This document shows, piece by piece, positions 19,026 to 28,243 of a DNA stretch of 64,000 nucleotides. The notes under the pieces are model-generated. The model was not told where the DNA came from and ran no database searches. It was given only the letters and a program-made list of their open reading frames with translations. Location: positions 5,492 through 69,491 of the forward strand of contig JBCDCZ010000001.1 in assembly GCA_039180865.1 (NCBI GenBank), read 5' to 3'. Each line of letters begins with the position of its first letter. Position 1 is the first letter of the stretch. This DNA comes from Pseudomonadota bacterium (GTDB taxonomy: Bacteria > Pseudomonadota > Alphaproteobacteria > Rhizobiales > JACESI01). The translations under genes were made by a program, and so were the position numbers.

Positions 19026-19121
19026 ATGATTGCGATCCTGCTGACCGTCCTTCTATTTCTGGCGGCACTTTCAGCATTCGTTTGCGTCAGCCCGTCGCGC
19101 TGGTTAAACAGCTTCCGCTAG
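19026..19121 (+). CDS. Possible 31-aa hydrophobic peptide
   Basis: The ATG is 4 nt after an AGGAG that overlaps the receptor stop codon. MIAILLTVLLFLAALSAFVCVSPSRWLNSFR resembles the N-terminal helix of the DUF3325-like proteins. It is too short to be sure. Confidence 0.25.
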   Translation: MIAILLTVLLFLAALSAFVCVSPSRWLNSFR

Positions 19122-19153
19122 AGCTGGACGTAGCTGAATGCGCAGGAAGCGGG

Positions 19154-19539
19154 TCATGTGCCCGTTTTCATCGGCGGACCTTGATCAAAAGCGCAGCGAA
19201 GGACCGGAACGAACTCAAGGCAGAATTGCCCCCTTCCTGTGACGAGGGTGGGCCGGGATACAAACCGACGGTTTTCCTGATAATCCGACATAAGCTTTGT
19301 CACCGACCATCCGATGACCAGAATTGCTCCGATCCAAATCGCGAACGCTGCAATATTGTGAAAGGACGAGTGCGACTGCCAAAGGGGGGCATCAGGCAAC
19401 ATATCGATATCCAGGAAAGATGGATGGATGCTCTTGTTTCAGATTGATGGCGTTTAATGCGCCTTGGATTGGCGTAACAGAAATAGCTGGGCCCCGACGC
19501 GCTCATGAGGATTGCGACAGTTGTCACAAATGGGGTCAC
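19154..19539 (-). pseudogene. DUF3325-like small membrane protein gene, interrupted by a frameshift in a homopolymer run
   Basis: The GTG at 19539 overlaps the PepSY stop codon (GTGA). The N-terminal half lies in one frame (VTPFVTTVAILMSASGPSYFCYANPRRIKRH..CCLMPP). The C-terminal half lies in another (LWQSHSSFHNIAAFAIWIGAILVIGWS). The switch maps to the G6 run at 19384..19389. Confidence 0.6.
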
Positions 19540-21116
19540 TCGGCGGGTTTCCCTGCGGTTTTGCGTGGCATCCAGTTTTGATAAGTCTTCGCTAACAGTG
19601 TTACGCCGCAGGTTATCAGTATAGCATCCACCGCAATCACGGTGAGCTGAACATTCTGGATCAGTGTTATCCAATCTGCACCCGTTATGGATTGCCTAAG
19701 AATTGGCAATGATATGCAGAGCGCCATCATCAGACTTCGCATCAATGAGCCTGCTGAACGGAAGGACAGGCCGACCGGGACGAGGATCAAGGCGGTGATC
19801 ACAAATCCGGCGGGCGTCCAGAACGACGCGGCGCCGCTCGGTATGCTCACAAAATACGCCGACGCGCTGACAAGCATGCAGATCGGCAGCCCCCATATCA
19901 GGGTATCAATTGCCTTTTCGTAGAGAAGCCAACCTTGACTGTCTGCCCGACGGCGCACCCAGAATTGCAGTCCGCTTGCAACCGTGAAGGCCATACCAAG
20001 TCCGAGCGCAAACCACGTTATCTTCGATGCCAATCCGGAAAAATCACCGAAATGCAAAGGGCTCATGAGATCGATAGCTGCGGAACCAAGCGAAGGGCTC
20101 TTACCGAACGACGGTATCTGACCCATGAACGAACCGTCGACGCCATTGAACGCCATTTGTTGACCCGTCAAATCGCCATCCTGCGGGTTGTGCATTGTTG
20201 TCAGTTCCATGGCAGATGTGCCCCAGTTCTCGATGGTGAGCAGAGTGGGAGCAGTTCCGATCCGCGCTGTTGCATCCTGAAGGACGGTGTCAATGTTCAC
20301 GCCATGATGCGGTATTGTCTCGCCGGCATGCTCATGCCCGAAGAGGGTCTCCATCATCGCCATTTGATCACCCTTAAACGCAACGGTGGCGACGACCGGC
20401 AGACCGATTGATTCTGCGAAACTGAAGAAAGCGCCGGTAAATCCAAGCACAAGACTGAACGGCAACAACCACGTACTGACCAGCGTATGGCGATCGCGCA
20501 TATCAACGAGCCTGAGGAGCGTTTTGGGCGCGTAGAAGATGTCCCGGAACATATGACGATGCATCAAAAAGCCTGAGACCGATGCAGCAAGTACGAGGAG
20601 ACCAAGAACGCCGGTAAGGATAAGGCCCCAGGGTTCCGGAATATAGAGCCGCACATGCAGATCAACCAGAAAACGCTCCAGTGCGTTGCTCGGATCAGCA
20701 TTCCGTAACCAGGAGCCAAAGCCTTCCTTTCGTGCCAGCGTTTCGCCGGTTTCCGGATTGAGGTCGATATCGACACCATAATCGTCTATCTGCCCTGTCT
20801 CCGGGTTCTGTTTATGGGTATGGAAGAAGACGGTGAGTGTTCCGTCTGTTCCCTTCCAGATGCTGATCTCCTCAAAAAATCCTTGATCAACGGTCGCTGC
20901 GACTTTGCGAACATGGGCATCGATCGGCTCGGTGAGCGTGGCGCTGTATTTCTCTCCGCCTTGGGACCACAAGCCAATCTCATGGGCGAAAACGGCAACC
21001 GCCCCGGTGACGATCACAACGTACAGGAGAAGTCCCAGAATAGTGCCCGACCAACCATGGATCGCGACCAGACGTTTCATGCGTGATTGTGAGATCGCGA
21101 CCATCTGCTTCTCCAA
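19536..21116 (-). CDS. PepSY-associated TM-helix domain protein (PiuB-like)
   Basis: 526 aa. An N-terminal KRLVAIHGWSGTILGLLLYVVIVTG helix, several further TM helices and PLHFGDFSGLASK motifs typical of this family. It lies downstream of transducer 3. Confidence 0.75.
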   Translation of the reverse strand: MEKQMVAISQSRMKRLVAIHGWSGTILGLLLYVVIVTGAVAVFAHEIGLWSQGGEKYSATLTEPIDAHVRKVAATVDQGFFEEISIWKGTDGTLTVFFHTHKQNPETGQIDDYGVDIDLNPETGETLARKEGFGSWLRNADPSNALERFLVDLHVRLYIPEPWGLILTGVLGLLVLAASVSGFLMHRHMFRDIFYAPKTLLRLVDMRDRHTLVSTWLLPFSLVLGFTGAFFSFAESIGLPVVATVAFKGDQMAMMETLFGHEHAGETIPHHGVNIDTVLQDATARIGTAPTLLTIENWGTSAMELTTMHNPQDGDLTGQQMAFNGVDGSFMGQIPSFGKSPSLGSAAIDLMSPLHFGDFSGLASKITWFALGLGMAFTVASGLQFWVRRRADSQGWLLYEKAIDTLIWGLPICMLVSASAYFVSIPSGAASFWTPAGFVITALILVPVGLSFRSAGSLMRSLMMALCISLPILRQSITGADWITLIQNVQLTVIAVDAILITCGVTLLAKTYQNWMPRKTAGKPAE

Positions 21117-21125
21117 GCCGTGGTT

Positions 21126-21413
21126 TCAAAAAAGCGCCAGACCGATGACAGCGGCATTGATAACGAAAAGGACCACCAGAATGGCGCCTGCGCGAACCAT
21201 GTTTTCCTCAAGAACAACATAGAAGAAAATAACGGCCCAGATTGCCGGAAGAAGGATCAGAGGGAAGACGAGATGGTCAATCCCGGCGTTGCCCTGCGGC
21301 AAAAATAACGGCATCGCAGCCATCATCGCGACTGACAAAATGATTGCGACAGGACCCGCGAGGAGCCACCGCATCACCCTGTTTCTACCCCATCGCCCCG
21401 TCGCACCCATCAA
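21126..21413 (-). CDS. Small 3-TM membrane protein (positionally like DUF3649-type genes)
   Basis: 95-aa hydrophobic ORF between transducer 3 and the PepSY-TM gene, with a 9-nt gap to the latter. The family assignment is by position only. Confidence 0.45.
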   Translation of the reverse strand: MMGATGRWGRNRVMRWLLAGPVAIILSVAMMAAMPLFLPQGNAGIDHLVFPLILLPAIWAVIFFYVVLEENMVRAGAILVVLFVINAAVIGLALF

Positions 21414-21561
21414 ACCATCCTGGTAAAGTCAGTGACGCAGCACCCAATACCCTTGCGGCATGGAAATCCTGCCTTATCATCCTTGCCAAATGTCCGCCGG
21501 ACAGGCGATCCCTTGCCGTGCGATACCGGTCATATTCAAAGCTTGAAACGGCAGCCAAGCT

Positions 21562-23886
21562 TCAAAACGACACGGTACCCGATATGCCGAAAGTACGGGG
21601 GCGACCAACGACAACAAAGCCGTCTGCGAATTCATCCGTGATATAACGATTATCAGCAACGTTGTTGATGAACCCGTCGATCCTACCAACCACCCGATCA
21701 CCGATTCTGTGCTCATAGCCCGCAGCAAGATCGACGACGACATAACTGTCTATCTCGGGAAATCCCACACCCGTGACGTTTGAACCCACGAAGCGCGCAT
21801 TGACCGATGCGGACAGGCCGAAATCGGTTACATAGGAAAGGCCCCCATTTGCCGTCACACTCGGTGCATCGGGAAGATCCGAACCAAGGGAAGCGGCCGT
21901 TGCACCGACTGTACCCGTTACATCTGTGATTTCAGTGTTCAGCAAGCCGAGACCGGCTCTCAAGAACAAACCGTCTAAGATCTCAAAGCTGCCATCGAGT
22001 TCCAAGCCAAAACCACGGGCCTCCGGAATGTTTCCGACGAGCCCGAACAGAGAGGACATCTCGGATTCCGGCGCCGCCCCGACTTCTTGAGCATCCATTA
22101 GTTTGTAGTAAAAGGCACTGGCATTCAGACGCAATCTGCCATCCAGTTGCTCAGTTTTGACGAAAACTTCGTGCTGATTCAGGCGCTCTGAATCAAATTC
22201 CACGACCAGTCCTGTTGGATCAAAAAAATCAAAATCGACGCCGCCTGGACGAAAGCCCTGGGAATAGGTGTAGCCAACGCCGAGGTCGTCATTGATATCA
22301 TATCTGAGGCCGACTTTTGGAATGAAGGCGGTCTCACTGATTGATGTATCCGTTCCCACTCCGGCAAAAGCGAAAAAACGATCACGACTGTCAATCTCAA
22401 CGCGTGCGCCGGCTATAAGGGTCAGCTTGTCAGTGATGTCGAATTCAGCCTCACCGAAGATACCGATATTTTTGATGTCGCCATCCACATCAATGTCCAG
22501 AAACGTCTCGTTTGCGGCTTCATCAACCTGGTTCTCAAAGGCGACACCGAAAAGGCCCTTGGAAAATCGGCCAAGGTCTTTGAACGTGACAAAACCTTCG
22601 GCGGTGACTGTTTCCGTGCTTTGTTCGAGATCAAAAAGATCACTCAGCCCCGGCGGAAACTGGAATGTGTTGTCCAGAAAAGCCGCTCTGCCTTCAACGG
22701 TGATATGGTCCGATACCTCGTACTTGACGGAGCCCGAATAAACAATCTGGTCGTTTTCCTCGAACTCCGGGCTAAGGAGAAAACTCGAACGCACCAGCGG
22801 ATCGCCGGGCACGTCGACGACACCGGGCGTTTCAAGCCCGGAACTTGATGTGTTGTCGACAGTGAACTTCAATTCCAGTCCGGGCACGGCCTCCGGTGTG
22901 AAAAGCACTTTACCGCGAAAACGACGGAACTCTTCATCCTCGATGATGTCGGCTGCTTCCGCTGAAACATCTCCTCCGAGCGCAAACGGCAAAACCTCGA
23001 CAAAGGCCTCGCCATCGGATGCTTCCGCCGTGAAACGAACCGCGAGCTGATCATCAACGATCGGCACGTTAAGTAGGAAAGCACCACCAATAGTGCCATC
23101 CTGATTGAAATAATTCAGGCGTGCTTTGGCCTCCAGTTCGTTGGTCGGATCTTTTGTCTGGATGCGAACAGCCCCGGCAAGAGCATTTCGGCCGGTTGTC
23201 GTTGCTTGCGGGCCACGCGCGACCTCAATTGCGTCAACATCCCAAACGCTCGCTAGTGAAGGTATGGCGCTGCCGACCAATGGCCGTGGCACGCCATCAA
23301 TGATTACGGGTACGCGCGGTTGAGACCCTGTCGAAAGAGCCGGCCCTCCGATGATGTTCGTTCCTTGGACACCCCTGATCGATGGGAGAGAATCGCCCTC
23401 CTCATTAAGGACGTTTGGAATGCCTTGAATGGCTTCCCGTATATCAAAGTTTTTCGGTGTGTCCGCTTCGTCCCCGAGGACCACAATACTGGGGGTGACT
23501 TCTTGCAGGCTTCGACCGATTTTCTCGCCCTCCACGATGACAACTTCATCAAGTAGGACATCTCCATCCTGCGAAGATGCGGCTTCGGTTAGCGTGAAAG
23601 TGCGATCTGGAAGTTCAACAATGGAGAGGCCGGAACCTTCAACCATCATTTGCAGCGCCTGGTAGGTTGTTAACTCGCCTGCAACAGCGCGACTGGTCTT
23701 CCCCAACGTCAAGCGCCGGCTGCCGACAATCGCCCGGCCGGTTTCAGAACTCAGCTCGCTGATTGCGTTGTTGAGCGGTTGTGCGGGCACATCGATTGGT
23801 TGCGTGTCTTGCGAGAGCCCGTGCGCGGTTCCTATCATAACCAGACTCAATGACAGCGTTGTTGTCATCAGCGTATTTCTTAGCAT
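21562..23886 (-). CDS. TonB-dependent transducer with STN domain, cassette 3
   Basis: 774 aa, colinear paralogue of the transducers at 4573 and 8849, with the same STN, plug and barrel motifs. Confidence 0.9.
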   Translation of the reverse strand: MLRNTLMTTTLSLSLVMIGTAHGLSQDTQPIDVPAQPLNNAISELSSETGRAIVGSRRLTLGKTSRAVAGELTTYQALQMMVEGSGLSIVELPDRTFTLTEAASSQDGDVLLDEVVIVEGEKIGRSLQEVTPSIVVLGDEADTPKNFDIREAIQGIPNVLNEEGDSLPSIRGVQGTNIIGGPALSTGSQPRVPVIIDGVPRPLVGSAIPSLASVWDVDAIEVARGPQATTTGRNALAGAVRIQTKDPTNELEAKARLNYFNQDGTIGGAFLLNVPIVDDQLAVRFTAEASDGEAFVEVLPFALGGDVSAEAADIIEDEEFRRFRGKVLFTPEAVPGLELKFTVDNTSSSGLETPGVVDVPGDPLVRSSFLLSPEFEENDQIVYSGSVKYEVSDHITVEGRAAFLDNTFQFPPGLSDLFDLEQSTETVTAEGFVTFKDLGRFSKGLFGVAFENQVDEAANETFLDIDVDGDIKNIGIFGEAEFDITDKLTLIAGARVEIDSRDRFFAFAGVGTDTSISETAFIPKVGLRYDINDDLGVGYTYSQGFRPGGVDFDFFDPTGLVVEFDSERLNQHEVFVKTEQLDGRLRLNASAFYYKLMDAQEVGAAPESEMSSLFGLVGNIPEARGFGLELDGSFEILDGLFLRAGLGLLNTEITDVTGTVGATAASLGSDLPDAPSVTANGGLSYVTDFGLSASVNARFVGSNVTGVGFPEIDSYVVVDLAAGYEHRIGDRVVGRIDGFINNVADNRYITDEFADGFVVVGRPRTFGISGTVSF

Positions 23887-23961
23887 GCCCCAAACCCTTG
23901 TTGATCATGTGAAAATGACTGCTTTTCACTGAGTCAACGTATGAGGCATCCGAATGTGTTG

Positions 23962-23986
23962 CTAAAAATTGATTTTTTTTCTCAGG
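23962..23986 (-). promoter_or_regulatory. Conserved A/T-tract box upstream of transducer 3
   Basis: Sense strand CCTGAGAAAAAAAATCAATTTTTAG, 76-100 bp upstream of the start. Confidence 0.3.
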
Positions 23987-24045
23987 TTTGAAACTCCCGC
24001 CAACACAAGCCATGAGGTTACCGGCGCAAACAGGGAGGATCGGCG

Positions 24046-24963
24046 TTAGTTCTTCCTCACAATTGTTACAACCGGTGATGCTGATGTGACGGTTGCGCCG
24101 CTGCCAATTGCCAGGGCCTCAAGAGCACCAAGCGGATTTCTAAGGTCCAAGCGACCATCAAATTCTTCGTTGGCAAGGTCATTATCAAGAATGATCACGG
24201 GCCCTGGAATGCGCCGATTAAGGATTTCGACTACCTCTTGAAACGACATGCCATCGGTCACGATGAGGCCGTCCCGCCATGTCGCCATATCAGAAATCGG
24301 GAGTTCGTCGGTAACGGGTTCGAGACCGTCCCGGTATCTGAGCCGGTCGCCAGCCTCAAGGCGCACAGGGGCGTTGTCGACGAGAACATCAACGGTTCCC
24401 TCTGCAACAGAAATCACAAGCTGATCTTCGAATCTGGTCACCTCAAATTCCGTGCCCACCACCTCAACAACGATGTCATCAATCCGAACGCGGAATGGTT
24501 TGGCTCGCTGCTCAACCTGAAAATAAGCTGCTCCTTTGAGAAGGGTAATCTGACGTCGAATATCGTTGGTCTGGTCGATAATCGCGCTGGAGGCATCAAG
24601 CGTGATGGTATCGCCGGATGCAAGGTCGACCGTCATAATTTCAATCCCGGTGATGTGATCCGCGCGCAGATAGACTGAGATGGGCTCGAACATCATGTAA
24701 AGAAACGCACCCAGTATTACCGCCAATAGAATTGAAACACGCGGCGGACTTTTGGGTTTTCGGCCAAGCGCTTTTGATACGAGGCCGACACCCTTGAGTA
24801 AGCGGGCGTAGGTGTCGCGTTCGGCTTCGCCTCTTGCAAGAAAGGCGTCGCGGTCGCGTTGAGCCTGCTGGTCGTTCGGGTCGTCTTCGAGGCGTTGATG
24901 AATATCGGCCGCCTCTATCGCCCGCTTGAACTCTTCTGGATCCAGGTCATCTTGATCCGCCAT
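24046..24963 (-). CDS. FecR-family anti-sigma factor, cassette 3
   Basis: 305 aa, paralogue of 7031..7948 (ITLLKGAAYFQV...KPFRV...VEVVGTEFEV). Confidence 0.85.
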   Translation of the reverse strand: MADQDDLDPEEFKRAIEAADIHQRLEDDPNDQQAQRDRDAFLARGEAERDTYARLLKGVGLVSKALGRKPKSPPRVSILLAVILGAFLYMMFEPISVYLRADHITGIEIMTVDLASGDTITLDASSAIIDQTNDIRRQITLLKGAAYFQVEQRAKPFRVRIDDIVVEVVGTEFEVTRFEDQLVISVAEGTVDVLVDNAPVRLEAGDRLRYRDGLEPVTDELPISDMATWRDGLIVTDGMSFQEVVEILNRRIPGPVIILDNDLANEEFDGRLDLRNPLGALEALAIGSGATVTSASPVVTIVRKN

Positions 24964-25033
24964 TGATTCGGGCCCCGGTCTTCAACGTCTTTTACCTGGG
25001 TAACGTACATCGCAGCGAAATGTTTTGCGAAAA

Positions 25034-25513
25034 TCAGTCTTTCAGGACGCAGGTCACGACAGCGAGCGCATGTTTAACAAGGGCGTGTGCCCGAAAACGG
25101 GAGAGATTTAATCGCATGCCGATTTCTGTGAATGTCAGGCCGTCCACCAGTCGAAGCCGGAACGCGGTAACGGTTTTATCCGGCAGGCTTTCAAGGACCC
25201 TGACCACGCGAAGAAGCTCCTGGCGGGCAATGATAATGCGCTCCGAGTCGATATCGACATCTTCATAAAGCTTCAGATCAGAGAGGATTTGTCCTTCTGT
25301 CCGACTTGAACGGGTCCAGTCTCTTGCAAGGTTCGACACGATGCGCCGGAAAATCGGAAGGGCTTTGTCGGACGGATAATCTTTGTGCGCCCAGCGCAGC
25401 CAGCTATCCTGTACGAGTTCTTCAGCAACGGCTCTGCTCCGGACGACCCTAAGGGCGACCGAGATCAGGGTTTCGCGTTCTTTGATAAAGGTTGTAAGGG
25501 CCGGATCTGCCAT
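25034..25513 (-). CDS. ECF (FecI-type) sigma factor, cassette 3
   Basis: 159 aa, paralogue of the other two sigma genes. Confidence 0.9.
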   Translation of the reverse strand: MADPALTTFIKERETLISVALRVVRSRAVAEELVQDSWLRWAHKDYPSDKALPIFRRIVSNLARDWTRSSRTEGQILSDLKLYEDVDIDSERIIIARQELLRVVRVLESLPDKTVTAFRLRLVDGLTFTEIGMRLNLSRFRAHALVKHALAVVTCVLKD

Positions 25514-25641
25514 CTATTCGCTACCATGGTTTCAAGAGCGATGGGTCTTAGTCGTTTTCCGGTTTCCTGAATGTCTTTACTGGCATATTTACATGCAGTC
25601 AGACGGAAAGCAGGGTCTCGCTCTTGAAGATGTTTTTCGAT

Positions 25642-25669
25642 TAGCTGGCTTCGCATGCGTGGCTGGCTG
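25642..25669. promoter_or_regulatory. CTGGCT direct-repeat box upstream of ECF sigma 3
   Basis: TAGCTGGCTTCGCATGCGTGGCTGGCTG, about 129 bp upstream of the sigma start. Confidence 0.5.
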
Positions 25670-26228
25670 ACTCTTGCGTATTTAGCTTTCAAGGCCGATT
25701 GACCGTCAAGGTCTCTGCAAGGTGACACCGGCAGCTATCGGAACCACTGTGTTTTCAATGCAACACTTTCCTATGCGGCAAATGGGTGTCGCCATTGCCA
25801 GCCTTTAAATACCGGGTTTCGAAACTCATCGGCCCAACAACCTTCGCGTTCCTTTCCATTTTTGATAGGTCTTTGGTGCTGATGAAGCAGCGTAGGCAAA
25901 CTGGTAACGGTATTGGGCAAAAGAAGAAACTGTGCGTAGGAAACGGAGCCCTTTGGGCAACCGCAAACGAACAGGTTTTGTCCCTTTGATAAATGCGGTT
26001 TTGCGGATCTCTGCCTCACGCATGAATACCTCAATAATCACCGGTTTGACGCGGATATGAGCACCTATCCAACCATTTTTGACATCTATGCGGCCTGTAT
26101 GGAATTTCCCGCGTTTGAACAGGCTGCGCCGGAAAATCAGCCCGATGCACTTTGGCGGGGCTACAATCGACGAAAAGGACCACAGTGATTACACAAGCCA
26201 ATCATTAACCGCACTGTGATCTTTAAGC

Positions 26229-26288
26229 ATTTGAAATTATTGGTGACCCCGACAGGATTCGAACCTGTGACCTGCGGATTAGGAATCC
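26229..26288 (-). repeat. Direct repeat of the 3' 48 nt of tRNA-Arg(CCT) plus 12 nt of 3' flank (att-like remnant)
   Basis: 26241..26288 matches 46638..46685 at 47 of 48 nt, covering the CCA end, T-arm, variable loop and anticodon loop. The preceding 12 nt match at 10 of 12. Same orientation as the intact tRNA. Confidence 0.8.
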
Positions 26289-26479
26289 CTGAGGAGGTCG
26301 ACAGCTGATTGCTGCGCCCTACCGCCAGCTAGGGCAAAACAAAAAATTAGGTCCAATCTCACACTGTGTGATGTCAAACATAACGCTGATACTTGTCTAC
26401 ATCATGCTTACCTGACAAATGTAGAAATACGGCTCTTCAGTCCTGTCTGGGTTTCTTAAGACCCTTTGTCATTCCTTGT

Positions 26480-26508
26480 AAAAAAACTGAGCAGGCCAGT
26501 CTCCTGCC
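26480..26508 (-). terminator. Possible rho-independent terminator after the algD-like gene
   Basis: On the minus strand it reads GCAGG-AGACTGG-CCTGC followed by TCAGTTTTTTT. The stem is short, so this is weak. Confidence 0.35.
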
Positions 26509-26588
26509 GGAAGAAAAAGAAAATACCGGACAGGCCATTCACACGCCCACCCGGTTTAACCTAGCCGACCATTGTTAGGCCCGCATCC

Positions 26589-27995
26589 CTACCAGCCAAT
26601 TCCCTGATAGCTCTTAGCCTTGGGCTGTTCCCTGAAAAGCCGCGTTAGATCGACGACATCATGCGCCTCCAGACAGGCGGCAAGTGCGGCAAGCCAATAT
26701 CGACCCGGCTGTGTTGTCACAACGACTTCCGAGCAGGCGAGAAGCTCGCTCACATGTGCAGTCACCCGACCGGAAAGCTTGCGGAGTGTGAGGGCGTCCT
26801 CATGATAATGGTGACGTAGCATCGCCACCTGCCGCATCATGCTCGCCGCATCCGGATAATTCGGATCGTTTATTGAGACCTCAAAACCAAGTTCAATCAG
26901 GCGTCCGGCAAGACGCAGAGACGGGCTTTCACGCAAGTCATCCGTATCGGGCTTGAAGCTAAGGCCACAAAGCCCGACCCGTTTCTTGCCCGTTGCGGCG
27001 ATGAGACGTACAGCTTGTTCGATCTGACAATCATTTGTGTGCGGGAGGCTTTCGATCATTGGCAATTGAAGCCCGCATCGTTCCGCCAGGTGATTGACGG
27101 CGCGGACTTCTTTTGGAAGGCACGATCCGCCATAGGCAAAGCCGGGTTTCAGATAGTGCGGGGAGATGTTGAGGACCGTATCCTGGCAGAAGATCTCCAT
27201 CACTTCGTGGCCGTCGATTTCAAGATGCTGACAGATCCGTCCGATTTCATTACCGAAGCAGACTTTCGCCGCGTGCCAGACATTGTCGGCGTACTTCACC
27301 ATTTCGGCGGCATCGAGTGTGGTGGAGATCGGCATCGGATCAACCGGATCCAGAATACCGGCCAAGGCTGCGGATGCCCTCGCATCGGTCGCACCAATCA
27401 CCGTCTTCGGAGGATTGCGGAAATCATCGATTGCGGTGCTTTCGCGCAAGAATTCCGGATTGAAACACATTCCGAAATCAACCCCTGCCGCCTTCCCTGA
27501 GTGCTCCTCAACAAGGGGCAAGAAAACCTTACGGGTCGTTCCAGGCGGCACTGAACAGCGAAGAACGATTACATGGTAATCGCCTTTATGCCTTAGGGCC
27601 TCGCCGATGCCGGCTGCTACCGCGCGGATCGCCGTCATATCGCAGGACCCGTCTTCCGCAGTTGGCGTGTTTACGGAGACGAACGTGATATCCGAACCGA
27701 GAATGGCAGCGTTCAAATTGGTCGTTGCTTTGATGCGGCCGGCCCCTGCCCCCTTTTCCAGCAGATGATCGAGACCCGGCTCAACAATCGGAGAAACGCC
27801 CGCGCCGAGTTTCCCGATTTTATCTTCGTCGATATCGACACCGATCACATCATGTCCGAGATCCGAAAGGCATGCGGCGGATACAACACCGACATAACCA
27901 AGCCCGATAATACTGATGGCTGGTTTAAAAAAGGTGAGTTCTCTTTCGCCGGCGATATCGGTGGCAAGAAGCGGTGACTTAAGATGAACGTTCAT
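26589..27995 (-). CDS. algD: GDP-mannose 6-dehydrogenase-like enzyme (UDP-glucose/GDP-mannose dehydrogenase family)
   Basis: 468 aa. Rossmann N-terminus IIGLGYVGVVSAACL, an AlgD-like GVSPIVEPGLDHLL segment and the catalytic-Cys motif GFAYGGSCLPKEV. Confidence 0.7.
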   Translation of the reverse strand: MNVHLKSPLLATDIAGERELTFFKPAISIIGLGYVGVVSAACLSDLGHDVIGVDIDEDKIGKLGAGVSPIVEPGLDHLLEKGAGAGRIKATTNLNAAILGSDITFVSVNTPTAEDGSCDMTAIRAVAAGIGEALRHKGDYHVIVLRCSVPPGTTRKVFLPLVEEHSGKAAGVDFGMCFNPEFLRESTAIDDFRNPPKTVIGATDARASAALAGILDPVDPMPISTTLDAAEMVKYADNVWHAAKVCFGNEIGRICQHLEIDGHEVMEIFCQDTVLNISPHYLKPGFAYGGSCLPKEVRAVNHLAERCGLQLPMIESLPHTNDCQIEQAVRLIAATGKKRVGLCGLSFKPDTDDLRESPSLRLAGRLIELGFEVSINDPNYPDAASMMRQVAMLRHHYHEDALTLRKLSGRVTAHVSELLACSEVVVTTQPGRYWLAALAACLEAHDVVDLTRLFREQPKAKSYQGIGW

Positions 27996-28033
27996 GGCGA
28001 ACCTCTTGATTGAAACTAGGATACCCTCCTCGT

Positions 28034-28049
28034 TCCAAGGATCGTGCCA
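28034..28049 (-). promoter_or_regulatory. Possible sigma54-type promoter for the algD-like gene
   Basis: The minus strand reads TGGCACGATCCTTGGA. The -24 element and the spacing are perfect, but the -12 element is TTGG rather than TTGC. It lies about 40 nt upstream of the ATG at 27995. Confidence 0.35.
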
Positions 28050-28123
28050 CGTCGTAAGTCACTGTAAATATTAATTTTTCAAAAATCCAATATAGATCCG
28101 GTCCGCAAATAGGGAATTGGAAA

Positions 28124-28140
28124 TTGCATTTTGCAAATGG
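28124..28140. promoter_or_regulatory. TTGCA-N-TTGCAAATGG motif in the algD-like / kinase divergent region
   Basis: TTGCATTTTGCAAATGG closely resembles the motifs at 34597 and 37987. Confidence 0.35.
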
Positions 28141-28243
28141 ATACCGTTCACGACCAAAACCCGCATGAATACGCGGGAATGTGAGAAGCCCGGGTAATCG
28201 TTTCGCAGTATATTGCTGATAACGTTCTCACCGGGATCAGGTC

